DNA of 64,000 nucleotides from Candidatus Krumholzibacteriota bacterium. GTDB taxonomy: Bacteria; Krumholzibacteriota; Krumholzibacteriia; JAJRXK01. The stretch covers positions 544,001 through 608,000 of the forward strand of contig CAVXTH010000009.1 in the NCBI GenBank assembly GCA_963764625.1. Reading direction: 5' to 3'. The notes beneath the pieces were generated by a model. The model was given only the letters and a program-made list of their open reading frames with translations, made no database searches and was not told the origin of the DNA. The position numbers and the translations under genes are program-made. Shown piece after piece: positions 1 through 9,089 of this stretch; position 1 is the first letter of the stretch, and every line of letters begins with the position of its first letter.

Positions 1-665
1 TCCTTCACGGCGGGCACCACCTTCGGACCACGCCGCTTGGAGTGGGCCAGACGCAGCAGGGGAATTTCGAGTTCGAATTCTCTTTCCAGAGGACGTCCCC
101 AGACCACGACCCAGTAAAGTTTGTGGACGCGGTGCTCCTCCTGCGCACGGCGAAAGATCTCCAGGACCTCTGCGGTCAATCCCAGGCAAATCGCTCCCGT
201 GGTGCCCCGATCGAGACGGTGCGCCGCGGCGGGACGCACGCGGTTCGCCGAGACATCCTCCTGATAACGTTCCCGGGCCCAAGTGAGCAGACCCGGAGCG
301 CCTCCCTCACCGTGATCGCAGGTCACTCCGGCCGGTTTGTCGACCACCAGGAACCCCTGCGCCTCGTGCAGGACGGTGATCGTGGGGCCTTGGTAGGCCG
401 GTGTGGAATCGGCCTCGAGATGTGACTCCGTAGGAGTCCGCAACGCGGTCTCTGGAGCCGAGTGATGCGCCACCACTACGTCACCCGGGCGCAGAGTGAG
501 CCCTCCGCGAGCCTTGAGCCCGTTTACCTTGACGTCCCCCTTACGGAGCATTCGCTGGATCCGAGAAGAGGAGAGGCCCTCGATCTGCTCTTTGAGCCGG
601 CTGAGGAGAAACCGGTCGAGGCGCCGGTTGGCATCCGCGCCGGCCACGGTCCATTCGAAACGCAT
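1..665 (-). CDS. RluA-family RNA pseudouridine synthase with N-terminal S4 domain (RluC/RluD-like); 3' part runs off the window start
   Basis: Not in the ORF track because there is no stop in the window. Hand translation from ATG 665 (GGAG upstream): MRFEWTVAGADANRRLDRFL...IQRMLRKGDVKVNG (S4), VVDKPAG and catalytic motif HRLDRGTTG. Confidence 0.93.
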   Translation of the reverse strand, partial: MRFEWTVAGADANRRLDRFLLSRLKEQIEGLSSSRIQRMLRKGDVKVNGLKARGGLTLRPGDVVVAHHSAPETALRTPTESHLEADSTPAYQGPTITVLHEAQGFLVVDKPAGVTCDHGEGGAPGLLTWARERYQEDVSANRVRPAAAHRLDRGTTGAICLGLTAEVLEIFRRAQEEHRVHKLYWVVVWGRPLEREFELEIPLLRLAHSKRRGPKVVPAVK

Positions 666-831
666 ACTCGCTCCTTTTTGGTCCTTCAGCGCCCCGAGCC
701 GGCCTCGAAGGCCCCGCGAGGCTGCGTTCCTTGACCCATACCCTCCCAGACACCCATACTTGAACCAAGCCCTACTGCTTCGCACCGTCTTTTCTCGCGG
801 GAGACGGAACCTCGCTTCTCGGAGGCTGCTC

Positions 832-2103
832 GTGCGTTTCGACCCTAGGTCCAACCCATCCTATCTCAAGCTCGATCTCTACTGTCGGGGCGCTCGCATC
901 GACGAGAGCTGCTACCTCGAGCGAGCGGGTGGCCGTCCCATTCTACGCACGCGGGCCGGCTTGGGCAGTGGTCTCGAGCTGATCCTTCCCGGTGGCATGT
1001 GGACCAACGTCCCGGCCACCGAGAGTTTCGTGGAACGTTCACCCTACCTCATCCGGATGGAGAAGGACGAACTCGTTTTGGAAAGAGATGGGGAGTTCAT
1101 CTGTAAGCCCCAACTCTCCCCGAAACCGGGTTGGTACGAACGCACGACCACTTCGGGCCGGAAGATGCGCCAGATCGGCAGCCTTCAGGGCACCTACCTG
1201 GGGATCTATCCGGGAAAGGTGTGTGAGTACTGGACGCGGGACACCAAAGTGAACTGCCACTTCTGCAGCGTGGGGTTGAACCTGGGCCACGATGACGCGG
1301 ACGAAAAGGATGTGGAAGAAGTGATGGAAGTCGTGCGCGCCGCGGTGCTCGAGAGCGGAATCACTTACGTGGATTTCAATACCGGGCACTACCCGGGCGA
1401 GAGCTACCTCGATCTTCTCGAACCCTACATCGAGGCCATCAAAAAAGAGACGGGCTTGCTGGTGGGAGTACAGACGCCTCCTCACGCCGATCTCTCGCGT
1501 TACGATCGTCTCAAGAAAATGGGGGTCAATCGCGTCAGCTTCTGTTTCGAGCTCTTCAATCGGCAGCGCTTCATCGAGGTGTGCCCGGGAAAGCACAGCC
1601 AGTACGGTCTCGACCGGTATCTGGAGGCCATCCGTTATTGCGCTGCTTTGGGCAGCGGAGATCTGGCCAAGCTCGAACCCTGGGTCACGAATGGGGAGAT
1701 CATCGCAGGACTCGAGAGCCCGGCGGACAGTATCGAAGCCATCGACTGGATCACCGAGCAGGGCGCGATTCCCACCGTTTGCGTGTTTCGCCCGCTCAAG
1801 GGTACGGACTACGAAGCAGTGGACGTGCCCTCTACCGAGGAGATGGTTCCCGTTTTCGCGCGCCTTTACGATCGCTGCATGGAAAAGCGCCTGCCGATCG
1901 GCGTGGCGCCCAACATCCACGTGAGTCTGGTGATGCTTCCGGAGGAGTGCGCCGGATTGAGTGAGCATCGCGGCGCCAACTTGGGGCACCGCGTGAAACT
2001 CAAGGCCATGCACACCGCTTTTTCCGCCGCCTACTACGCGAAGCTCAAGAGCGCCAAGCAGAAGTTGCGCAAGAGGGTGGAGGCGGGCCAGGTCGCCGCC
2101 TAG
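832..2103 (+). CDS. Radical SAM protein (MSMEG_0568-like, non-canonical Cx10Cx2C motif)
   Basis: ORF 496..2103; GTG 832 follows GGAGG (821-825). Motif CEYWTRDTKVNCHFC, plus VSFCFELFN, CPGK, IIAGLES, IPTVCVFRPLKGT. Confidence 0.85.
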   Translation: MRFDPRSNPSYLKLDLYCRGARIDESCYLERAGGRPILRTRAGLGSGLELILPGGMWTNVPATESFVERSPYLIRMEKDELVLERDGEFICKPQLSPKPGWYERTTTSGRKMRQIGSLQGTYLGIYPGKVCEYWTRDTKVNCHFCSVGLNLGHDDADEKDVEEVMEVVRAAVLESGITYVDFNTGHYPGESYLDLLEPYIEAIKKETGLLVGVQTPPHADLSRYDRLKKMGVNRVSFCFELFNRQRFIEVCPGKHSQYGLDRYLEAIRYCAALGSGDLAKLEPWVTNGEIIAGLESPADSIEAIDWITEQGAIPTVCVFRPLKGTDYEAVDVPSTEEMVPVFARLYDRCMEKRLPIGVAPNIHVSLVMLPEECAGLSEHRGANLGHRVKLKAMHTAFSAAYYAKLKSAKQKLRKRVEAGQVAA

Positions 2104-2297
2104 CGGCGCGTGTCCTTCGTCCCGTAGATTCGCAAGAGCTCGGTCGCCGGCAGAGCCGCGTGCCTCGATTCCACCCTCAACAGCAGGATTCCATTTCCTT
2201 GGCAGCGAAAACAGGTCTCGCGGTGCGGTTCTTCGCCCGAGCAGGACGGACACGGCACTGATACGGAGACTAAGAGAGAATGCGCTTGCGAGCTCAT
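2100..2297 (-). CDS. Small zinc-finger protein (DnaJ-type CxxCxG repeats), 65 aa
   Basis: ATG 2297 with GAGGAG RBS, 38 nt downstream of the ALDH stop; CPSCSG...CFRCQGNG. Confidence 0.65.
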   Translation of the reverse strand: MSSQAHSLLVSVSVPCPSCSGEEPHRETCFRCQGNGILLLRVESRHAALPATELLRIYGTKDTRR

Positions 2298-2335
2298 CTC
2301 GCTCCTCGCCCGGCGCTAAAGCGGCTTGCCATGCG

Positions 2336-3853
2336 CTACTCGATTTCGAACTTCACGCCCTGCGCCAGAGGCATCTCACGGCTGTAATTGATGGTGCAGG
2401 TCTGCCGGCGCATGTAGAACTTCCAGCTGTCGCTGCCCGCTTCTCGCCCGCCACCGGTCTCTTTTTCACCGCCGAATGCTCCGCCGATCTCCGCTCCACT
2501 CGTGCCGATGTTGATGTTGGCGATGCCGCAGTCAGATCCCTCCGGACTCAGGAAGCTCTCCGCGGAGAGCACGTTGGTGGTGAACATCGAGGAAGACAGG
2601 CCTTGCCGCACGTCGTTCTGCATTCCGATGGCCTCCTCCACGGTGTCGAACTCGAAGAGGTACAGGATGGGCGCGAAGGTTTCCTCCTGGGCCACCTTGA
2701 GTCCGTGCTTGGCGGACACGATGGTGGGCTTGACGAAGTATCCCTTACGTTCGATGCGCTTTCCACCGGTGAGCACCTTGGCGCCGTCGGCTTGCGCCTT
2801 CTCGAGCGCCGCGGTCATGTCTTCGATGGCTGACTCGTCGATCAATGGACCCATGAGCGTGTCGGGATCGAGCGGGTCTCCGATGGGAATGCTCTCGTAG
2901 GCTTTCACCAATCGCTGGGTGAATTCTTCGGCGATGCTAGTTTGCAAGAACACCCGGCGGGTGGACGTGCAACGCTGCCCTGCGGTACCCACGGCGCCGA
3001 ACGCGATGGCGCGCAGAGCGAGGTCGAGGTCGGCGTCCTCGGTGACGATGATCGCGTTGTTGCCGCCCAGCTCCAACAGGCTGCGGCCCAGTCGTTTTCC
3101 CACCGCTTCGCCGATTCTCCGCCCCATGCGGCAGCTCCCGGTGGCGCTGATGAGCGGGATCCGGGGGTCGTTGATGAGCTTCTCACCGACCGCCGAGCCG
3201 CGTCCCACGCAGAGATTGAAGACGCCGCGCACATCGTTCTTCTTCATGACCCGGTCGCAGATTTGCTGGATCGCAATGGCGCACAAAGGGGTCTTGCTCG
3301 AGGGCTTCCAGATCATGGTATCGCCGCAAACCGCCGCGATCATCGCGTTCCAGGCCCAGACCGCCATGGGGAAGTTGAAGGCGGTCACGATGCCGATGAC
3401 TCCCAGAGGATGCCACTGCTCGTACATCCGGTGGCGTGCCCGTTCGCTGTGCATGCTCAGCCCATAGAGTTGACGGGAGAGGCCCACCGCGAAGTCCGCG
3501 ATGTCGATCGCTTCCTGTACTTCGCCTTCACCTTCGCTGAGAATTTTTCCCATTTCGAACGCGATGAGTTTGCCGAGCGGACGCTTGTATTTGCGCAGCT
3601 CCTCCCCGAGCTGACGCACGATCTCGCCGCGCTGGGGAGCGGGAACCATTCGCCAGCTGAGAAATCGTTCCTGCGCCGCCGCCACGACTGCTTCATAGTC
3701 GTTGTCATCGCCTTGAAGGACTTTACCCACCGGCTCTTCGCTGGTGGGGGAGTAGCTCGTGAGTTCGCCGCCGCCGGGATGTTCGATCCAGCCCTTTCCG
3801 TACACTCCCGAGTTCACTCCGGAAAGACCCAACTCTTTGAGAAAATCACGCAT
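2336..3853 (-). CDS. Aldehyde dehydrogenase family 7 (alpha-aminoadipate semialdehyde / piperideine-6-carboxylate dehydrogenase-like)
   Basis: AFNFP, LELGGNNA, GTAGQRCT, EETFAP, GAEIGGAFGGEKETGGGRE and C-terminal PLAQG. Start taken at ATG 3853. Confidence 0.93.
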   Translation of the reverse strand: MRDFLKELGLSGVNSGVYGKGWIEHPGGGELTSYSPTSEEPVGKVLQGDDNDYEAVVAAAQERFLSWRMVPAPQRGEIVRQLGEELRKYKRPLGKLIAFEMGKILSEGEGEVQEAIDIADFAVGLSRQLYGLSMHSERARHRMYEQWHPLGVIGIVTAFNFPMAVWAWNAMIAAVCGDTMIWKPSSKTPLCAIAIQQICDRVMKKNDVRGVFNLCVGRGSAVGEKLINDPRIPLISATGSCRMGRRIGEAVGKRLGRSLLELGGNNAIIVTEDADLDLALRAIAFGAVGTAGQRCTSTRRVFLQTSIAEEFTQRLVKAYESIPIGDPLDPDTLMGPLIDESAIEDMTAALEKAQADGAKVLTGGKRIERKGYFVKPTIVSAKHGLKVAQEETFAPILYLFEFDTVEEAIGMQNDVRQGLSSSMFTTNVLSAESFLSPEGSDCGIANINIGTSGAEIGGAFGGEKETGGGREAGSDSWKFYMRRQTCTINYSREMPLAQGVKFEIE

Positions 3854-3917
3854 CGGAGGATTCCCCTGCAATCAAGAGACAAAAAGATTCGGACCGGATC
3901 GCGAATGTCCGGCGGCC

Positions 3918-3945
3918 AAGATAGCACACGATTCGATGCTGGCAA
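3918..3945 (-). promoter_or_regulatory. Putative sigma-70 promoter of the ALDH7 gene
   Basis: Minus strand reads TTGCCA-16 nt-TATCTT with an extended -10 TG. Confidence 0.5.
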
Positions 3946-3956
3946 AAGAGTGCAGG

Positions 3957-3996
3957 AAAAGAGCGCGGCCCAACCCCGGGAGGTGGGTTGGGCCGC
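3957..3996 (-). terminator. Rho-independent terminator
   Basis: Perfect 12-bp stem GCGGCCCAACCC/GGGTTGGGCCGC with 8-nt loop, followed by GCTCTTTT on the minus strand. Confidence 0.75.
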
Positions 3997-4262
3997 AGCT
4001 TGTGCACCCGCGAGTCACGGCAGCTCACGGACGCTCGGGAGTTGAACTCGGGGCCCCCGGGCCGACGGCGGCGATTGGCGCTTAGAGCGTCGCCCCCGTT
4101 GGGAGTAAGGAGGTACCAGCCGAGTTTCACCCCAGGTTCCAGGGGCGGTTGCTCAGGCCGTTCGCCGAATCCTCCGGATCGAGGGCCCCGCACCCCACCC
4201 GCCTCGACGGAGGGGGTGAATGCGTGACGTCTTGCGCCCGACGCAGGCGCTTTCTCTCACGA
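3957..4262 (-). ncRNA. Candidate ~300-nt structured non-coding RNA, family not recognised
   Basis: Lies in a 620-nt intergenic gap with no credible ORF. Has a chain of hairpins, a 3' terminator, a near-consensus sigma-54 site at 4273-4290 and ACCTCCTTA (anti-SD) at 4114-4106. Confidence 0.45.
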
Positions 4263-4474
4263 CTTGGGTTACAGCAAGGAGCGTGCGCAAGAACGGATCC
4301 CGGTCGGCTTGGGGCAGTGGGAGGGATCAAGAGGTGTCAGATGGTGGTTCAGGTAGCCGCCGCGTCCTTTCGCGACGACTTCTATCCTCATTTTTCTCAC
4401 GCATCCTCAGGGTGGAGTGGGCGAGGGAGAGATGCTCTGCTTATTCTCTGCTCGTCTCTCCCCCATGAGAAAGC

Positions 4475-6661
4475 ATGCGAGCCCATCCGGGAACCCTGAT
4501 CATCCCCGTCCTTCTCTTGCTTGCCCCCATGGGATCCAATGGGGAAGAACGAAACCAGGCCTCGCCGCATCCGGGAGAAGTCATGCAAATTGATGGTGCG
4601 AGCCACCGGCACACCAACCACTTGATCCACGAGCAGAGTCCCTACCTCTTGCAACATGCACACAATCCAGTGGACTGGTACCCATGGTGCAAAGAGGCAT
4701 TGAGACGCGCGCGCGAGGAAAACAAGCCCATCTTTTTGTCCATCGGCTATTCCACCTGCCATTGGTGCCACGTCATGGAGCGCGAGTCCTTCGAGAACGA
4801 GGCGATCGCAGCGCTCATGAACGAATACTTCATCTGCATCAAAGTGGATCGCGAAGAGCGCCCCGATCTGGACGAAATCTACATGGCCGCGGTTCAGGGC
4901 ATGACGGGTCAGGGCGGATGGCCGATGAGCGTCTTTCTCACCCCACAGCTCAAGCCCTTCTTTGGCGGCACTTACTTTCCGCCCGAGGATCGTTTTGGCC
5001 GCCCCGGTTTCAAAAGCGTCCTTTTGCAGATTCACGAATTGTGGGGCCAGGAGCACGCACGCATCCTGAGTGCGGCGGAGCAAATCTCCAACCGCCTGGG
5101 GCAGTTGGAGCTCGTGGAGAGCGCCGCGGGTGAACTCGATGCGATGCCGGTGCAGACCCTCTACGAGCAGATCTCCACTTCCTTCGATCCTGAGAACGGA
5201 GGCTGGGGAGGTGCACCGAAATTTCCCCGCGGTGATTACGGCTCGCTCTGTCTGCGCTGGTTTCGCAAGAGCGGCGATAAGCACGCGCTCACCATGGCCT
5301 TGTCCACCCTGGAGCACATGGCCGATGGAGGCATCTACGATCAATTGGGAGGCGGTTTCGCGCGCTACAGCACGGACCCGAGTTGGTTGGTCCCCCATTT
5401 CGAGAAGATGCTCTATGATAACGCCCAGCTCGTCTTTCACTACCTGGAGGCCTACCAGCTCACCGGTGAAGAACGCTATGCGGAAATCGCGGGTGGAACG
5501 CTCGACTACGTTTTGAGAGAGATGACCGATCCCCGGGGCGGGTTCTACAGCGCCGAGGACGCAGACAGCGAGGGCGAAGAAGGGAAGTTTTACGTCTGGG
5601 ACGCCGCCGAAGTCGAGCGGGTGCTTCCCTCCAAACTCCTGGCGCCCTTCCGTCTGGCCTACGGGCTCAGCGAGCAGGGCAACTGGGAAGGCAGCAACAT
5701 TCTCCATCGCGCGATGGGCGACCCGGAGGTGGCTGCGGCACTGAAGCTCCCGGTGCTGGCGGTGCGAGAGGCACTTGAGAAGGCCAGGCAGGTCCTCCTC
5801 TCGCTTCGCGCCAAGAGAACTCGCCCCGCCCTCGACGACAAGGTATTGGCTGCCTGGAACGGACTGATGATTCAGACGATGGCGCGCGCGAGCGTGGTTC
5901 TGAAGGAGCCGCGTTACCTCGGGGCGGCCGAGAAAGCGGCGGACTTCATCCTGAACGATATGATGGCGGAGGGAAAACTCCAGCGGCGTTGGCGCGAAGG
6001 CCGGGCCGGCATCGACGCCTACGCCGAAGATTACGCCATGCTCGTCGGCGGGCTCCTGGAGTTGTACGAGTGCAGTTTTCAGCCACGCTTCTTCGCCGCC
6101 GCCGTGAACCTTCATCGAACGATGATGAAAGAGTTCGCCGACGAGAAAGATGGCGCGCTCTTCAATACCCGCGCCGGCGAGAGTGAGCTGCTGGTGCGGG
6201 TCAAGGTGGGTTACGACGGAGCGACACCCACCGCGAATAGCGTCGCTGCCTCCAACATGCTGTCGCTGTATGAACTCACCGGCGAAGACGAGTACGCCCG
6301 CCAACTCGAGCAAATTCTGCACGCCTTCTGGGGAGCTCTCTCGACTCGACCGGCGACGATGACCCGAATGGTTCTGGTTTTGGATGCGTACTTGGGTGAC
6401 CGCACCGAATTGGTATTGGCAGGCAGGCTGAAGGAAGTTCTGCCGCTGCTTCAAGAAGCTCGCGCAAGCTACAACCCGGACCTCTTCATCTCCCACGCCT
6501 CGCCCGACAGAAACAGCGAGGATCTCCTGCCGGCGCTCGCGGGGAGAGTGAGTCTAGACGGAGCAACGGCCTATGTCTGTCGCGCCTTCAGCTGCCAGCA
6601 GCCCACGCGCGATCCAGCCACCATGCTCAAGGAGTTGGGCGGCACCCGCTATTCCCCTTGA
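4475..6661 (+). CDS. Thioredoxin domain-containing protein (YyaL/SSP411, DUF255 + alpha/alpha barrel)
   Basis: [65 protein letters not shown]. Confidence 0.95.
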   Translation: MRAHPGTLIIPVLLLLAPMGSNGEERNQASPHPGEVMQIDGASHRHTNHLIHEQSPYLLQHAHNPVDWYPWCKEALRRAREENKPIFLSIGYSTCHWCHVMERESFENEAIAALMNEYFICIKVDREERPDLDEIYMAAVQGMTGQGGWPMSVFLTPQLKPFFGGTYFPPEDRFGRPGFKSVLLQIHELWGQEHARILSAAEQISNRLGQLELVESAAGELDAMPVQTLYEQISTSFDPENGGWGGAPKFPRGDYGSLCLRWFRKSGDKHALTMALSTLEHMADGGIYDQLGGGFARYSTDPSWLVPHFEKMLYDNAQLVFHYLEAYQLTGEERYAEIAGGTLDYVLREMTDPRGGFYSAEDADSEGEEGKFYVWDAAEVERVLPSKLLAPFRLAYGLSEQGNWEGSNILHRAMGDPEVAAALKLPVLAVREALEKARQVLLSLRAKRTRPALDDKVLAAWNGLMIQTMARASVVLKEPRYLGAAEKAADFILNDMMAEGKLQRRWREGRAGIDAYAEDYAMLVGGLLELYECSFQPRFFAAAVNLHRTMMKEFADEKDGALFNTRAGESELLVRVKVGYDGATPTANSVAASNMLSLYELTGEDEYARQLEQILHAFWGALSTRPATMTRMVLVLDAYLGDRTELVLAGRLKEVLPLLQEARASYNPDLFISHASPDRNSEDLLPALAGRVSLDGATAYVCRAFSCQQPTRDPATMLKELGGTRYSP

Positions 6662-6747
6662 GGAATGGCGGGCTTCCCCGTTCTTGCTCGAAGCAGTCAT
6701 GGAGGTTAGGCTTGCGGCTCCACCTTCAAACTCCGAGGTGCATCTCG

Positions 6748-7857
6748 ATGAATTCACCCCTCTTGAGGACCGTTCGCGCCGTGATCCCGCTCTTCGCCGT
6801 GGCCCTCTCGTTCACGACCGGCTCGTGGGCGCAAGAGTCGCCTCGCTACGATGCTTCGCTGATGCGGGTACGCATGCTCACGCAGAATCCGGGGCCCTAT
6901 TCCACCTGGGACAACGCAGAGGCCTACTTCTCTCCGGACGGGAAGAAGCTCGTCTTCCAGTCCAGCCGGGATGGACGGGCCTGCGACGCCATCTACACCA
7001 TGGACGCGAGCGGGGCAGGGGTGAAGATGGTGACCTCAGGAGAAGGACGCTGCACCTGCGCGTTCTATTCCCCCGACATGAAGTTGATCGTGTACGCCAG
7101 CACAGTACTCACCAGCAAAGATTGTCCTCCGCGTCCCTCGATGGCGCATGGCTACACCTGGCCCATCTATCCCTCCTACGAGATCTTCCGCGTCCCGGTG
7201 GGTGGAGGCCAACGCGAGCAGCTGACCGACAGTCCCGGCTACGACGCGGAGGCGATCTACCGGCCCGACGGCAAGAAGATTCTCTTCACCAGCATGCGGG
7301 ATGGAGACCTCGACCTGTATGACATGAACCCCGACGGCAGCGGCGTGCGGCGCTTGACCTCGACTCCCGGCTACGACGGAGGGGCGTTCTATACCGCCGA
7401 CAGCCAGCACATCGTGTTTCGCGCGCGCCACCCCGAGGGTGAGGAGCTGAAGGATTACCAGGAGCTGCTGCAGAAGGGCTTGATTCGCCCCAGTCGACTC
7501 GATCTCTTCGTGATGGACAAGGATGGCGAGAATCCACGCCGTATCACCCACTCGGGCGACGACGGCGCCACGAATTGGGCGCCGTACCCGCACCCCGACG
7601 GCAAACGCATCGTTTTCGCCAGCAACCGGGATGATTTTGACCAGACCGTGCCGGGACAGTACGGCTACAATTTCGAGCTCTATCTCATCGGGATGGATGG
7701 CCAGGGGCTCCGCCGCCTCACTTTCAACCGGAACTTCGATGGCTTCCCCATGTTCTCCGCGGATGGCTCGCACCTGGTCTGGTGTGGAAACGTGATCGAC
7801 GCCCGTCCCCACGACACGGACGTCTTGATCGGCGATTGGAGCGAAAGTGGGCGATAA
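6748..7857 (+). CDS. Secreted TolB-like PD40 beta-propeller protein
   Basis: ATG 6748 after GAGGTG; signal peptide; repeated AEAYFSPDGKK, GYDAEA, GYDGGAF, FDGFPMFS blades. Confidence 0.9.
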   Translation: MNSPLLRTVRAVIPLFAVALSFTTGSWAQESPRYDASLMRVRMLTQNPGPYSTWDNAEAYFSPDGKKLVFQSSRDGRACDAIYTMDASGAGVKMVTSGEGRCTCAFYSPDMKLIVYASTVLTSKDCPPRPSMAHGYTWPIYPSYEIFRVPVGGGQREQLTDSPGYDAEAIYRPDGKKILFTSMRDGDLDLYDMNPDGSGVRRLTSTPGYDGGAFYTADSQHIVFRARHPEGEELKDYQELLQKGLIRPSRLDLFVMDKDGENPRRITHSGDDGATNWAPYPHPDGKRIVFASNRDDFDQTVPGQYGYNFELYLIGMDGQGLRRLTFNRNFDGFPMFSADGSHLVWCGNVIDARPHDTDVLIGDWSESGR

Positions 7858-7887
7858 GGCCGAGAACGAGGACTTTTAGGCAGGAAG

Positions 7888-7902
7888 CGGCACGGAGATT
7901 GC
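7888..7902 (+). promoter_or_regulatory. Sigma-54 (-24/-12) promoter upstream of the MDR pair
   Basis: CGGCAC-GGAGA-TTGC: GG-N10-GC, one mismatch to TGGCAC-N5-TTGC. Confidence 0.7.
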
Positions 7903-8012
7903 CTCTAAGCTGACGGAATCCATACCCTGACCGGCAATTACACCACCGGTCGCTCCATCTCTCAGTGCCCTACTCTCGATCGGGGAATCGCGTGGACGAG
8001 GAGCAGACTCCC

Positions 8013-9089
8013 ATGGGCTCGATCCAGCGCTCGGTCAAGAGCACGCGCCTTCGTACGATGCGGGCGCTGGTTCTGGACAAAGTGCCCCAACTGGCCACGG
8101 TGAGCCGCCCGCGCGCGGCGGAGGGAGAAGTCCTGGTCCGGGTGCGCGCGTGCGGGATTGCCAGGAGTGATCTGCAGATGGTTCGTGGCATCCGAGAGAC
8201 GGGTCGCGAGCGCGTCATTCTGGGGCACGAGTTCGTGGGGGAAGTAGTAGAGGCGACGACTCCCTCCGGTGAAGAGTGGATCGGCCGTCGCGTGGTAGCC
8301 AATCTGAACGCCGGTTGCACGCGCTGTCTGCCCTGCCGGGACGCAAAGCCCTGGTTGTGCGAACTAACCCGTGAACGTGCTCTGGGCATGGGAATCACCG
8401 ATGGAGCCCTGGCCGAGTGGGTGACGGTCTCCGAGCGGGCCCTGGTCGAAGTCCCCGAAGGGGTGGACGACGAAGAGGCAATTTTCGCTCATCCTCTGGC
8501 CAGCGCGCTGCAAGCGGCGTCGCTGTTGGAAGGTCCGCCGCCCCAGCGGGTCCTGGTGGTGGGCGACGGCAACCTGGGGCTCTTGACCACCCTGGCTCTC
8601 CACGCCGCCGGGCACACGGTGAGCGTGTTGGGACGGCACATGTCGCGCCGGGAGCTCTTGTGGCGCAGCGGAATCTCCTTCAGTGGGGTCGGAGGGGACG
8701 GCGACGAATCGAAGGATCCGGTCTCGGGCGCGAAGCTCGTTACCGAGTCGCACGGAATGGTCTACGACTGTTCGGGACACCCTTCGGGCTTCGACCTCGC
8801 GGTCGCCGCCACGCGACCCCGCGGTCGCATCGTTCTCTTGAGCCGCTTCGCGTCCAGTCAAGGCTTCGACCTCCGCTTCCTCACCGAGAAGGAGATCGAC
8901 TTGATCGGCGTGAACGGAGGGAATTTGGAGGACAGCCTGGCCTACCTGCAGCGCAAGCGCCTCGACGTTCTTCCCCTCGTCGCGGGGAGCTATCCCATGC
9001 AGGAGGCCATGGCCGCGCTCGAGAAGGCGAACACGCGCGGCTCGCTCAAGGTCCTGGTTCGCAATGCCATCGGAGGAGGCGTGGGATGA
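8013..9089 (+). CDS. Zinc-binding alcohol dehydrogenase (MDR) family protein, catalytic Cys missing
   Basis: ILGHEFVG, structural-Zn CTRCLPC-x7-C, Rossmann VVGDGNLG. GIARSD stands where GICxxD is expected. ATG 8013 follows GAGGAG; exact start uncertain. Confidence 0.85.
   Translation: MGSIQRSVKSTRLRTMRALVLDKVPQLATVSRPRAAEGEVLVRVRACGIARSDLQMVRGIRETGRERVILGHEFVGEVVEATTPSGEEWIGRRVVANLNAGCTRCLPCRDAKPWLCELTRERALGMGITDGALAEWVTVSERALVEVPEGVDDEEAIFAHPLASALQAASLLEGPPPQRVLVVGDGNLGLLTTLALHAAGHTVSVLGRHMSRRELLWRSGISFSGVGGDGDESKDPVSGAKLVTESHGMVYDCSGHPSGFDLAVAATRPRGRIVLLSRFASSQGFDLRFLTEKEIDLIGVNGGNLEDSLAYLQRKRLDVLPLVAGSYPMQEAMAALEKANTRGSLKVLVRNAIGGGVG

Noticed and set aside
42-734. Plus-strand ORFs 42..425 and 462..734 and the 5' extension of ORF 496..2103
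   Set aside because: They are antisense to the RluA-family gene (665 to <1). The radical SAM gene has an RBS-supported start at 832.
3940-3953. TGGCAAAAGAGTGC as a plus-strand sigma-54 promoter
   Set aside because: GG to GC spacing is 9 nt, not 10. The same bases fit better as the minus-strand -35 box.
4005-4225. Partial likeness of the intergenic RNA to 6S RNA, c-di-AMP (ydaO), cobalamin, lysine or T-box elements
   Set aside because: Only isolated fragments match (TTGAAC/GGTTC, CGCCGAATCC, GGGGTGAA). The required motifs are missing or in the wrong order or strand, so no family was assigned; cmscan is needed.
3846-4499. ORF-track entries across the intergenic gap (3846..4193-, 3988..4227+, 4149..4499+ and others)
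   Set aside because: No RBS-start pairing, Arg/Pro/Gly-rich composition, no domain motifs, and some run through the terminator.
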